NCBI RefSeq assembly: GCF_964355755.1 | Contig: NC_092680.1 | Span: 1,178,001-1,242,000 of the forward strand | Direction of reading: 5' to 3' | DNA from: Antedon mediterranea | Lineage: Eukaryota > Animalia > Echinodermata | Length of the DNA: 64,000 bases | Shown: positions 40,381-54,527 of the stretch, piece after piece | How positions within the stretch are numbered: position 1 is the stretch's first letter | Layout: each line of letters begins with the position of its first letter | Translations under genes and position numbers: made by a program | Notes under the pieces: model-generated | Databases searched by the model: none | Told to the model about the DNA's origin: nothing | What the model saw: only the letters and a program-made list of their open reading frames with translations

Positions 40381-43300
40381 ACCAAGGATATTTTTATTAT
40401 ATCGCTTCTTTCTAATAATTGCGTTTTTTGCGAAATAAATAAGACACTCGATATACTGGGGAAATGTGGCCTAATTCTGTATGAGTGAATTAATATTACT
40501 GTATCCTCAAAATGTTATAATACACCTCTAAGCAGTCAATAATATGTACTGGTATATAAATTATAAAGATAATTCATTGTGTTTGCACCATTGCCTTAGC
40601 ATACTATAGTACAACCCAATCAAATGTGTTCTTTGACTTTATGTTTGCGTATTAATGATTTGGTCATGAAGTCATTCTTTGCTAGCTTTTTGTTACGCGA
40701 GAATAACAATTTATATTTATATATATATAGCATATAAGAAAAATACAAAATTATGAGATATTGGAAGACTATAATGTAACCATATCAGTAACGACTAAAT
40801 TCAAGTCAATCAATCAATCAATCAAAGTAACATTTATTTTCTTCAAATAAAAACAGTATACAAAATGGTGTAAAGAAAGGTAATATGATTGCACTGTATA
40901 CTATATGATAAACAATTATGTTATAAGCCTCATTTAAATTTCAGCAATAAAAATTTACCAGAAATACTAACATGATGATACTGTCTACTACAAGAATGGA
41001 GACGTCACGAGCTATACAAACAACTATGTTGATTAAAAAACTTAAAAAAAAAAAAAAATGAGCGCCGCATTTAAATTTCGCAAAACTCTAATCGTGCTAC
41101 GCGGCGCCGTTTATTCTTTATACGATTTTAAAGTGAAAGTTCCTCCATGAAACCGTCTTCCATTCCGTGAAAAGGAACAACTGTGAATTTTATATTAAAT
41201 TTTCATGTATATATAACTAAAGGCCGGTGAGTTCTTTTATTATGATGTTTGAAGAAAATGTAAAAACAAAAGATTTTTTAGCCTAATTATTTTACAACCC
41301 GCTCCTCGTTGGTGTTCACTGAAGACTGAAATTATTTAGGACCCTACGCCAAAAATGATCATGGCCATACATGGCTGCAGTCGAGTGCGCAAATTTGAGC
41401 TGTAAAAAATAAATAAATACATGAAATATAATAGATGATTACGAATATGACTATACATAGGCTGTCGTGCTTGTAATTTAAACTCTTGTGATGGTTAGGC
41501 CTATAGGCAAAATTAACTTATAAATATAATACGTACCTCGAACACAAATCGATCAATCAATAATAATAATTGCTTTTTATTTAAATTTTTTTTTTTTTAG
41601 TTTTTGAGACGCGTATATATCCAACGGAAACTAATTATTGCGATCATTGTCGTTATTTACATAATACGATATTATTATGTCTGAATTCGTTGTCGTCGAT
41701 GGAATCGGTGAAACATGACATGTATATAACATATTCGTGTAAAGAAAATAATTGATAGTATGTCGTCTATTATTTTATTTGAATTCAGAGAGTCATATTA
41801 TATCGAATGAAATTGATCGATGCTATTTGAAAATAAAACTTCAAAAGCAATATTAAAATTCAAACATTAATTAATTGTGGAAATAGGAAACTCGTATATA
41901 AAGCTAACAATAACCATGCTTCTTGCATTGTAAATAGGAAATAACAATATTGTCTCGTTTATTAAAATGGACAGGCAGCAAAAAACGAAGGGATGAAGGC
42001 CGTATACGTTTCCCTAGTAACGGGAATGTAGTCAGGTGGTATATAATGGTGATGTAGTTATTACTATGATATTGTGTCATTTTTTAGCAGTTCTACTGCG
42101 GCGGCGGAAAAGGAGTATCATCATCATTGTTGCATGTGAAGCAAGTGTACAAAGTAAATTACGAGAATTTAATAGGCCTACACACAGGCATCTGAGACCA
42201 CCGATATCATGGTATTTATACTTTACTGTATTACATGCAATGTTTTTTTTTTATTTTATTTTATTTCAACAATATTTTACGAGGGTGGTTCATGTAATAG
42301 TTGATTAGAATATAATTTTTCATTATCGAATTGTTGTTAGTTTTTTATCGGTTAATCCTTGATACCATATATTTTTTTTTTATAAAACTATGATAAACGT
42401 TTATAGTTTTTATTCATCCAGTTATCGAATAAATCAAATACAATAAATCAAAACAAGCGGACTTGCGTAATTGTGTGGTGCAACGTTTCTGGTTCTTGGC
42501 CGATTGGTGTACTTTCTTTGATTTTACTTATTTTTACCTATTTTATTTATGGTATAACCGTTGGCGTTTTACTTCAAAAATTAATTTAAACCGTATTTAT
42601 ATTTTGCAAAAAAGAGCCTTAAGATAAGTTTATAATGTGCATTACCTCCACCATTCTTCTCCTCTTTTTGCTTTATCTAATACGCTTAATATTTATGACT
42701 TACTTACCAAAAATATTGCTATATTTAAATGTAATGTTCAAAATTTAGTTCAGTTCATAATTATTATAATACCAGAAATTAGATTATGCGTATGATTGCT
42801 TAAATACAGAGGTTGGCAAGCATGATATAACTTCTTAGCTTACTTAAATATGTTGCCTGGACCCCACATTTTAAAGCTTAAGCCTTTTCTCATTTATTAT
42901 GTATTATTTTAGAAAATGTTTTTTGAACTATAATAAGCTTTGTTAACACATGTTTTTTAACTTGAAAATGTGTCGACATTTCGTAAATTTTATTATAATA
43001 TCGATATAGTTAAAAGAATGAAATCAAACTCAATACAGGCATGGTGTCCAGTAGGACAATTCATTAGCAAACAACTATCTAAAATTGATATTTTAATCCC
43101 AAAATATAATCTTACGTAATTTATGTCTATAAGATAATAAACAGCACTTTAAGTTGCTGTCTCCAGACTACAACCTTTTCCCCAGTATACACTACATTTT
43201 CTCTTTTTCAAATATGGAACATTTTGATGAAATGAATGAAAATGAAATACGTTATATTAATGCTTTATGGCAAGCTTCGGCTGAAGTTAGCGCTAGCTTC

Positions 43301-43486
43301 TTCACAATCAAGGTGAGAGGAAGTTAGATTTTTTTTTACAGAATGGGAGTTCACTTCTTATTCGGTAAACCATGATTCGAACCCCATCATTTGTTTATGT
43401 CGCTAGACATGATACCACCGTGCAAAAATCGTGCAAAATAAACAAACCGTGAAAGAATCGGAATATTCTACTTGTAGGAAACAGAG

Positions 43487-46400
43487 GTGAGGTTTGGCGC
43501 AGTGTGTTTAGTTGTACTTTTACTGACCACCAGCAGTGCTGAACCGGAAGGTAACTGACAATGTGGAAAACAAAAATTGTAACATAATTTATTTTTTTTA
43601 TTTTCATAATTGTAACATAGTTTATTTTTTATTTGCATCATTGCTGAGGCACCATGTATAGGCCTAGAATGTGCATTTTTTTTTCTTTGAATTGAAATAT
43701 ATTTTTTTGAAAATCACTTAGTTTGCATTACGTTTTTGGAACTTGAAAGCTCAATTCATGATTTCATTTTACGATGTAATTTCACCAACGCCCCAAACAT
43801 TACCAATATTACATGGACGTATCCGTCAGTGATTTACCCGGATGAAGCGGACCGATTCCTGATAGAGACAACAAGTGAAAGCGTTGAAGAAGAATACCTC
43901 ACTGAACTTCGTGTTTCTGAATTTAATGAGACCATTGACGAGGGAGAGTACTACTGTATTGGACAAACAACTGGAGATATACTTTTTGGTGGACATTTTC
44001 TTATCAATAAATGTGACGGTAATACTCAAAATAATATTAATGTGACGTGTAACTTTTAGTTTCTTTCTAACAAAATATATTTATTTATGAGAGAAAATGA
44101 TTATGATTTCATTTTTGTTTATTTTGGGATCTTATAAGAATTTATTTTCTAACTTTACTCCTAAATAATTACTCCTTATTACAAATTTATCTTCTTTATT
44201 CATTGATTTTGCATTTTTACTTTGCAGTGCGATGAATTAAAAAAAAATATATGCTGAACGAATTAATGAGAACAATACTGAATAATATTGTAAAACAGCA
44301 ATAACTTACAAGAACTTGTTTAGATTGAAATCTGCAAAATATTTATCAAACAATACACATTTATATTTTAGTAGCGATCCGGTACATAGACATCGCTTTA
44401 TTCATCCATAAATTTGGAAATTACCGTATACCGTACACAATGGTTTGAATCCTTTTAAAGCTGTTTTTAATCCTTTTAAAGCTGTTTTAAACTATTTTAA
44501 TCTCCTGAATCCTATTCAATTTTAATACCTAGTCATTTTTACACCGTGTTTCATAACTTATATTTGTTGTGCCATTATGTGTGTGTATATAATATATTAT
44601 ATTGTATATCTATTTATTATTGTACTAATAATTGTCAATCTTCAAGAAGAATTTCTGTTGTTATTTTATGATGATGATGGACAAATAAAGCATTTCAGTA
44701 TTCAGTATAATTATATTAACAATACACACGTACCGGTGATACAGTATAGTGTATTCGATTAAAAGAACCTGTTTAGATTGAAATCTGCAAAATCTTTATC
44801 AAACAATACACATTTATATTTTAGCAACGATCATGTACCGTACTGTACATTATTATGTTAACAATACACACGTACCGGTGATACAGTATAGTGTATTCGA
44901 TTTGGTGAATTATATACAGTTATACACACCTAATTGGTGACAGTGGTTTAGGCTGCTTTTGTGCTTTCCTGGCAGCTAGTGACTATGATTTTATATTTTC
45001 TTCTTGGGTCGTGTTTGTTTAATTTGTTGATTTGTATTACATTTTATAACATGTATTCTTTGCCTGAATAAATAATAATAATAATAATAATAACTGTAGA
45101 ATTATATTATTATTTTATTTTTCATACAGACATATCAATGGATCCAGCATTTTTGGAACTTGTTAGCTTGGTAATTATAAGATGTTCTAGTATTTTCATA
45201 TCAACATATGATTTTGATATTAATAGGCTACAGCGCTCTGACGCGTTATATTCATTTCAAGTAGCCAATATTTGCATAATACAATGCAATGTATTCGCCT
45301 ACCAATAAACCATAGTTTGATTATAAAAATAGTCAAATGGCCTATGTTTTCGCTACAAAGGAGCAATTATTTAAACCAAGGCCTTTTGTATGTTGACGTA
45401 CGAACTTAAGTTGGTAAGGCCTTTAAATCGATATTTAACGTAATATTATGAATCATGGTTAACGAACGAAATAGTGTTTTTGATATGCTAGCAAAGAAAT
45501 ATAATTTTCACTGCCGGTCATTATCATCAACTCTTGTTGCGACCCGAGGGTACGAATAAGGGCTAGGGTAATTGGGTAAATTGCAGCGGGAAAATAACCT
45601 TAATGTTACTGGTCGACTTTTTAATAAGTACTTGAATTTCCAAACGAATTAAGCTGTTAAAGTCATTAAAACAATTTTAGTTTTTTTCAAACTTAATAGA
45701 ATTACCTGATCAGTTATCTTTGTTAATATCTAAATAATAATTACTATAATGATTGTTGATGTTACTACTTACCAATTTCAAAATAAATTGATTTTTAATA
45801 TGAATCAAGAACATTTAGTTTAAAGGTTGAAACAACACATTAATTTAAATACGGTAATTATTCTGGAAAGTTTTAACACTCTTTAACACATGTTTTTTTC
45901 TGGTTATTTAGAGTGAGGAGGCGACGGTAGAATTGGCTGTAAATGTGTTGTCACTTGCAAATGAGCTGTATGACACCTATGAAGCAGCTTCGTTGGACCA
46001 AGACGAATTAGATGTCTTCGTCGACATTATTGACACAGTATCGAATATTAATTTTACCGAAAGGAACCAAACTATGAATATATTGAAGGTAATTAATTAA
46101 TGCCATGACAATTTTGTTTTCTCCATTATTGCATGAAACGATAATTGGAAATGTGAATGTTTGAATTACTTGCACAATTGACTGTGTTGCGAATAATGAC
46201 GTATTGTTAAGTTCATGTTCAGTTCATCACATTCACAAAATGTATTAATTTCACCAGGCCTACAATGTAACTCGTTTAAAGATGATATCTTCTGAATAAT
46301 GTTACCAATATCCATTTAATAAAGATTTCACGGTGAATTATGCCACTTTGTTGATTCACTTATATCATATTTATTATGTACTGTACATTGTTGCCGTGAC

Positions 46401-49400
46401 AAAATCACATTTATAATTTGACAATAAAGTAATTTGGATCATTGCATACAGTACGTACTAGTTATATTATTATGCTTCTTTTACAGCCATTCCTTGACTT
46501 AACATCGGAAACTTTAAATGTTCCTAAATTAGAGGTCAGTAAACTAACCGTATAGTTTTATTTACTGAGCATTTTTATTACTATATTTTTATAATGTATA
46601 CATCATTTTGTATCATTAATTATTTTCTGCTTTCTATATAACTATTTTAATCTTATTCCCTTAATTATAATTCAAAGGCGTTCTTTTTGTATCTCCACCA
46701 GCACTATTACAAACACAGTCTTAATTAATCCTTACAACTCGTATACTTGTATTGTTAATTAGAAGATTACTTATATACTGTTCTATTTACGGTTTTCTCA
46801 AATTATTCTAATTACTAGAATTTGTTTTTATTCACCGATTCTACGTTCAATTAACATTACCTTAATTAGGATAGTCCTTGAAATTTCCTTTAGAACTCAT
46901 ACATTAATATTTTTTTTTTCTATTTCGTGACAATTAGACATGTTTATTAAATCTCTTTCATTAGAATCTACATTGTTGAGTATTATCTTGCAAACAAAAT
47001 TAGTTATTGTAAAAGTACATGTCATTTGTACTGAAACTAAAACGTGACAATCCGTCAGATATTGCATCTTTAATCAACCTACAACAATGTACTTCCATGG
47101 AATTCTAAAGATTTAATTATAAAGCTCTTTTTATCAAACTTTATGTGACAAAAAATATGATGTGCCCATATATGGAAATGATGATGATGTCATATCACTA
47201 CCATATATGGGCATATCACAACCATGGGCACATCACACTTGTTTTGGTCAAACTAGTTTGATAGTGTAGAGAGAGCTTTAGAGAAACTCAAAGCCTAAAC
47301 ATGTGATAGGTATGTTTTCTTTTGAGTTTAAAGCTTCACTTGAATTGTTCATAGTTGCACTTTGTTCGTTTTGTATTTTTATTGTGTGCATCAATGTTTA
47401 AATAAATTTACTTACTTCTTACTTATTGGTTTACTCACAGTAACGATAAGTGTACACTTTTTATGTGACTTTTAATTGTTACCAGGAAGAAGATTTTGCA
47501 AATGTTATCGCATCCATGGAGAAGACTTTTTCAAACGCTGCTGTCATTTTCAATGAAAACTCAGAAGACGAAACCATTGTTATATCTACTACTGATACAG
47601 GTACGAGTAACTGGTTTGATAGTATTATTGGCAAATTACGGGTTTTTTTTTGTTTATAATATTATATTTCATAATATTTTTTTTAATTATTTTTTAATAA
47701 ATTGTTAGAGGTATACCTTGGTACATACACTAAAGATACAAACGCGGATGACGTCATAGAATTTGGACTTGATACATTTTCAACTGATAACGGAAATGCA
47801 GAAAATAATTTGAACAAACTAAGTGTCGACATTTCCAATGTTGAGGAAGATGGTAAATTCAAGCCTAAATGTTATTTATTTATTTAATTAAGTCTAGTAT
47901 GTCTTATTTATTTATGGAGTATTAACTATTATATAAAATAAACTATGTATATTATAGAGTTAAGTTAACTCGCTGTCTATTTCTGAAGACAAAATTACAT
48001 TATTTTAGACACTTTAACGTTTGTTGTGTTGCTGTACTCTGGTGGATATGGTCCAGATAACCCCAACAGAAATGTCAGGTGAGTACCAATAAAACTCGTA
48101 GCCTCGTAGTCTGTTGGTTTACTTCATCAAAAACTTTCTTTCGTTCATCTCTATTTTGACTTTTAATTTACTTTTTTTTTGTCTTCTGATTTTTCGTTAT
48201 CATTAAATAAACTCGTATTCGAATGAGACAATGCACTGCTATATTTTCAAGTGTCGTAATAGTGTAGTAGTACTGTGGTTTTAACATTTCTGCCTACATT
48301 TCAGTAAAGACAACGAGGCAGAAAAACCGGAAGAAATAACGAAAACCGCTAGCAGTATTTTGATCATTCGCTTCATCAATAATGGAATGGTTATGTCTGT
48401 ACCTATCAATTTCACACTAGCACACACCTTTGTAAGTACAAGTGTGCCTTTAATTCATCTGTTTGTACTTTCAAGTACACATCGTCTAGTTTGGCTTTAA
48501 ACATATAATGCTTGGTTCCCAATTGAGACGCAAGACAAGGGCGTAACGCAACGTAAGTGGGTTGACCTATCACAAGCGATGGATTATTCAAACGGTAGCT
48601 TGTCACTGGTCAACACAATTTCGTTGCGTTTACGTCCTTGCGTTACGTCCTGGTGAGAACCAAGCTTAAGTAATATTAGTTTTAACTTATAAATCAAGAA
48701 TATTAATACTATCAACAATGATGTACGGTACTTAGAATTAAATCTAAATGACATGCTTAGTAATTAAAACATGTTCCTAACAATTAATTTAATGTTTTTT
48801 TTCTTGAATGTTTAAGCCAAATCTGAGCTCAATTGAAGAAAATGGAAAGCATACTGATTTCGATTGTTCTTTCATCGACGAAACAAAGGAACCAATGTAA
48901 GGAAATGTACTAATATGCTCTATCTATCGATTATTTAGAATTGTAAAAACAATAAACGAATTTATGAACCAACCAGCCACGTTGAAGTGGATCCTTATTT
49001 GTTTTATTTGAAACACTTCTTCTTTGTATAAAAATATGTAGCCATTGGAGTTCTTTTGGATGCACTACAGAGGTTGCAACCAACTTACGTCATTCGAACT
49101 GCAGTTGCAACCACACCACAAGTTTTGCAGTATTGATGAAAGTTACTGACAATGACGTTGAGGTAATAAAACAACAAACAACAATAATGTACCTAAAGAG
49201 TTGGATATTAAATTAAAATAATATAAATGTAAGAAAAGGTTTACAATGGAATGTAAAACATAATGGTTTCTTAATGTTTTAAGAATGAACAAATTAGTAA
49301 AATGAAAAAATGAGTAAAATTAAAATAATGAAAGTTATTAAGTAGAGAGTTTAAGCTTTGTTCACACTATAGATGCAATGCAAAGACGTTGACGCAACGC

Positions 49401-52400
49401 AAAGACGTAGAATCAACGTAAAGACGTAGAATCAACGTAAAGCTTGGTTCCCACTAGAACGTAACGCAAGGACGTAAACGCAACGCAAGGGTTTTAACCA
49501 ATGACAAGCGAAGTTATAGACAGTTTAGCAATCACAAGCGAATAAGCCATCGCTTGTGATTGGTCAATTCACTTGCGTTGCGTTACGTCCTTGTGTTGCG
49601 TCGCTAGTGGGAACCACGCTTTAAGGTGTAGACGCAACGTAAAGACGTAGAATCAACGTAAAGGTGTAGACGCAACGTAAAGACGTAGACGAAACGAAAG
49701 CGTTTTTCCAAAGAAAAGCAATACTGTAGTTCAAATAATCCATCGCTTGTGAGAGAAAGAAAATTATTTCAAATGTTATATAAGATGTATAATTATAGTG
49801 TAAGATTTTACATTAATTTAATCAATGTGTTATTGTTGTTCCAAATATTTTTTCTCTGTTCTACTACTGTTCTTAATTTATTTGAGAGTGTCATTTGATG
49901 GTAACATTAACGTTGTCTTTTTCAACACAAATAGGTGGACACTAAACATGAAACTGCCCTCTCCTGGATAATGTATATCGGCTGTGGAGTGTCGATAGTG
50001 GCTCTATCTGTAGCCCTTGCTACCTTCACTTACGTAGGGTACGTCATGTTTGTGTACATTATCCAATCCTACGACTTACACAAAATAAGACAGTAGGCTT
50101 TGAGTAATCACCCTTGCCTGGTAATATAATAATACCCACCAATGGTATCTTAAACTATGGTAATGTTTTTAGAGCTGTGCTTCAATAATAGGTATCTAAC
50201 TAAAAACTACTAGCGCATCATTAAGCGTCCAGGACTATTATTATTATTTCGAGTGTTGTTCCGCCGTCATGTCCAGGAATTCCTTTCGAGCTGAACTTAC
50301 TTACTTATTATTCTAAAAACAAGATTTGGTAACTCGAACCATGTTTTAATTGCATTTTACGTTACTATTAAACTTCAACGATTTCATTGATCTGGAACTG
50401 GCTTCCGTTTCTCATCCGACACTCCTTAATGTAATTAAGTCTCTTCTTAAAACTCACTTGAGAGTTTTGTAAATGCTCAGTATTATGTTCAGATTATTGA
50501 CTTGGTAACTCGAACCATGTTTTAATTGCATTTTACGTTACTATTAAACTTCAACGATTTCATTCGAAAGAAAAATACTGGTTTACAAGCATGAACTCAA
50601 TTATTCTTTTTATCTTTTATCATACGCAAAAACAAATTTAAAAACTTTGTTTTCATTTAAAAAATATGTAATAGGTTGACTGACAGAATAAAAATCCATG
50701 TTTGCTTGTGCGCTACGCTTCTGGTTGCTGAATCCTTTATGCTGGTTGGTTTGAATTTAACAAAACCGCCGGTAAGTTTTTGAAGTTTGTTATACCTCGT
50801 AGCAGTGTGGCGTAACAGCTATGAGCGCTCACTGGCTAAACCCAGGGGCCCTGGAACTTATGGGGGAGGGGGGCCTTGAACTTATGGGGGCCCGTAAGCA
50901 GTGCCTAGAAGAAAAACAGGCATTAAATATGTCGAACATGCTGAAAATGCCCGAGGCACCCAGCGTTGGAGGGTTCCTAAACCAGGGCCTCATGTCGTGT
51001 TACACAAAATGCCTCGTAGTAGCCGGTTGCTGATGGCACAAATGATTACAATAACATCCCCCTGTTGATTGCTCCACAGGAACTTTGCACGACTATTGCG
51101 GTGATTCTCCACTTCTCTTTTCTGTCGGTCTTTGCTTGGATGTTGGTGGAAGGTATACACATGTACGTCATGATCATCCGGGTGTTTGGCAGTGAGAACA
51201 TTGATTTTAACTATTACTTCATAGTGGGCTGGGCTTTTCCGATTGTGGTAGTAGGTGTGTCAGTTGGGGCAAATCTGGATGGCTACGGAAACGATACCAG
51301 GTGAGGTATTTTAAATAAGTATTAAATATAGATACTACCACGTCACAAGATATGTCGTACTCCATCCAGGGCGCCTATTCATGTTCAATGCAAGGATGTT
51401 TAAAATTTAAAAAACAATTTAAATCCGTAAGAAGTTGTTGTTTTATCATTTTATGGAATTGCGGGACCAACACATCTAAAAATATCCACAGTATCATCTG
51501 CGCCCGACAAAGGTACTTATTTTCATACGTGTTACTGTAACTTAACTCATGATTTTCTCTCTTGTGGCTGACAGTGATCACGAGCGTTTAATGCTACAGG
51601 TGTAGAATTTTTTTTGTGCTTCAGAGTTGTTTACAGTGAAATATGAAGATGGTTAATTTATTGAAAACAACACATAAGCGAGATATTATGTTAATGATTA
51701 CTTGACGTACCGGTAATTGTTTTAATGTGTTTTTCAGTTGTTGGTTGGATGTCGAATCTGGTCTAATCTGGGCATTTGTTGGTCCGGCTCTACTCATTAT
51801 TTTGGTAAATGCACTCATTTATGTTTGAGACATCCCTCTAGGGCGACACTTGCTTCCTGTGAAACGAGGGAAGAGTGAACTTGTCTTTCTTGGTGGTGTA
51901 CTTTACGGTATTACATTACACCATAATGCTAAACCCAGGAGGCCCGGAGTTTATGGGGGCCAGAGCAGTGCCCACAGGAAAAGAAAAGGCATTAAAATAT
52001 GCCGAAAGCGGCCCGAGGCCTCCAGCTTTGAAACTTGGAGGGTCACTAAGGTTTCCTAAACCAGGGCCTCTGCGTTACGCCACTGCCTACAATGTACTTA
52101 AAACTGCTGTTTGTTCAAATACACTAATAGTAATGAAGATTTTTTTCTTCTATTGAGTTTAGATCAACTTTATGGTACTAGTTCTAGTGGTACGAATCAT
52201 CAAACGGGCAACCAACAAAAGTGACGATGACATTGTAGCGGCAAAGTATGTTGTTCTTTTTTAGTGAAATCAAAAGCAAAATTACTGCAGTAATTCAGTA
52301 CTGAACACTTCAAATTATATAGTGCAGTTTATATTATGTAGAAAAAGGGATCGTGTTTTGGTTGCTGTGTAATATATCACCAATAATTTGATTCCGAACA

Positions 52401-54527
52401 TTATGACGGTGTCGGCACCTCATAGATAGTTTGGAAACGTGTTTTTTAGTTAATATGGAACGAATATGCATATACATAGACTTTAAAGGAGTCATTAGTA
52501 GTACTGTATAATCAACAGTTTGAAAATATTTTTCCTATGACATTAGCCTATTTAACTTAATTTCAATTTTGAATTTGATCAGAGCAACTATCAAGGGCAT
52601 AGTGGTTCTGCTGCCGATTCTAGGAATCACGTGGGTGTTTGGCTTGTTTGCTATTGGCTCAGCAACGCTGATGTTTCAGTACATTTTCTCAATACTCAAC
52701 TCTCTGCAAGGATTGTTTATCTTCATATTCTATTGCCTGATGAACTCAGAGGTGCGTAGACATTTAAGGATGTGTTCAGACGAACGGCATTAAATGCTGT
52801 GGCGTAAACAACTCTCCTAATGCATACCATTTAAAATGGAAGTTTTACCGCGAAGTGTTGTCTTGTTCCAAAAAGAGCGTTCGTTAATCTGACCTCCGCG
52901 ATGTTTCATCCTTACGCATTTTTTTTTTCTAAAAAATGTGAACGCATGCATGTGCATTTACCAGCGGTTTAAAAAAAACATGCTTTATGAACTATTTAAC
53001 TAATTCGCCGCCATTAGTTAAGATACAAAATGGCCACGTCAAGTCATAGAAAAAATAACAAATGGTCTGAATATAATATATCAAACACTACTACAGCAGT
53101 ATGAGTGTGAATGCAATGTTTCCAGTTTGAAAAAAAAAACAATATTTTATTTCAGACAGAGCTGCTGCCTTACCGTACATCCCGCATTAGTTACACATCT
53201 GAACATATAAACATATAAACCTGAACTCTTCACTATAGCAGCATTTATAACGATACCTTTATCAATTAAACCTCCTATAGGTTCGTTCATCATTCGAAAG
53301 AAAACGCAAACAGAATCAGCTGAACAACGGAGACATCCTTTCGACGATGGACATTTCGGTAGGAACAATACTAGCCATTATATTTATACAAATTACATTG
53401 GCTTACTATAGCCTAAACATAACAAAATCAAACAAATGTAAAAATACATGAGATTATATAACAAAGCATATAATTGATAACATTGTCTTGCATAAATTTT
53501 CTCTGTTCATTAAAATTCGAAAAATAATGTCTAAAATGTAAATTATTTAATTATTTTATTATTATTACAGCGAAGTGGAAAATCATCTAAGCAATCAAAA
53601 ATTACAGCACTCTCACATTCTCAATTGCGTAAGTTTCTGATAAGGAGGGACACGGCTGGGGTAACAATAATAATAATAGATCGCACTTCAAGGAAGTGTT
53701 CAGACGTGAGTAGTAGTAACGCTGCCAAACGTAAAACTAAAACAAATCGTATTATATCCCAGGCGTCCAAACGGAGAGTTTGGAAATGGTAAGGCCTACA
53801 TGAAAAACTAACTACTGTACGATTTTCTTTCTGTGTAGTCGGCCAAATCATTCAAACTGCGCAGTTTGTCAGAATTATTAACTGACGAAACTAATTTGAC
53901 GTCATCCACGTTATTATACTGTAGCTACGACTCACGTCTGAACACCCATGCTGTAGCCTACCATTCGCTGTTAATCATTACTTGATTATTACTGGAAACC
54001 GAAGTAAAAGTCCTGTCATTAATTCAAATCATGACTATATCCATGTTTTGTTTTTATTAGAGAGTGCCGATGATAAGAAAGACATAATATCAGTGAAGGT
54101 ATTTAAACATTCATATTATTAGTAGGAAGCTAAACGAACTAGGAACTACAAGTTAGACCATGTCATTCTGTGTACACGCGCAGGTCAGGAGTGGGGCGAT
54201 TCCTCGACACAGATTTCAGACGATAAATCAATGCGTGTAGGGCCTATAGGTCATTTTGAAATATCAAATAACTCATTATATCATGAGACTTTTCGTTTTG
54301 GTTACGCAGCTATCGCGTTGAAGGGTCATTCTGCACACATTTGAGCATGCGCATAATGCCATGTATAACTGTTCGACTCAAATATTTTAAAAGTCTAGTG
54401 GTGCGTTAAAAAAAAATCAACTTATTTTCTCCACAATTCATAGGTTGAAGCAAGAAGTCCAAGCATACCTGATGAGGGTATTGATATGAATATGCCAGGT
54501 GGAATCGACGAACCGATTGGCGACTAA
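43487..54527 (+). CDS. Adhesion GPCR, ADGRD1/GPR133-like 7TM with Ig-like and GAIN/GPS domains, about 760 aa, 21 exons (start codon uncertain)
   Basis: Exons: 43487(or 43478)-43550, 43722-44018, 45130-45170, 45912-46088, 46487-46534, 47486-47600, 47709-47852, 48009-48078, 48305-48431, 48817-48896, 49042-49162, 49935-50038, 50675-50771, 51080-51300, 51738-51804, 52163-52245, 52583-52751, 53281-53358, 53571-53628, 54061-54098, 54444-54527; phases consistent. Ig motif (LRC..ITW..DEGEYYC); [22 protein letters not shown]; 7TM motifs [46 protein letters not shown]. The last four exons are less certain. Confidence 0.88.
47123..47277. mobile_element. MITE family A
   Basis: Family-A TIRs with TAA/TTA flanks. 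Confidence 0.75.
48509..48666. mobile_element. MITE family B copy (TAA target duplication)
   Basis: GCTTGGTTCCCA..TGAGAACCAAGCT flanked by TAA/TAA. Confidence 0.7.
49354..49752. mobile_element. Family-B MITE (49441-49620) nested in a related element carrying 19-bp tandem repeats
   Basis: Intact TIRs AGCTTGGTTCCCACTAG / CTAGTGGGAACCACGCT; the (AGACGTAGAATCAACGTAA)-type repeat continues on both sides. Confidence 0.75.
50803..51011. mobile_element. hAT-like non-autonomous element with 8-bp TSD
   Basis: Direct repeat CCTCGTAG at 50795-50802 and 51012-51019; CAGTG..GCGTAAC terminus. Relatives at about 33710-33936 and 51925-52085 end in TACGCCACTG. Confidence 0.65.

Noticed and set aside
44228-44290. 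Possible extra GPCR exon after TTTGCAG (CDELKK..)
   Set aside because: Immediate stop in the required phase 1; 44018^45130 already joins in frame.
50326-50564. Direct repeat of about 62 bp (similar local duplications at 44308-44900)
   Set aside because: Ordinary local intronic duplications with no evident function.
53156-53218. Alternative acceptor for the exon after TM7
   Set aside because: Gives an early stop and lacks the expected NSE-VR helix-8 continuation, which 53281 provides.
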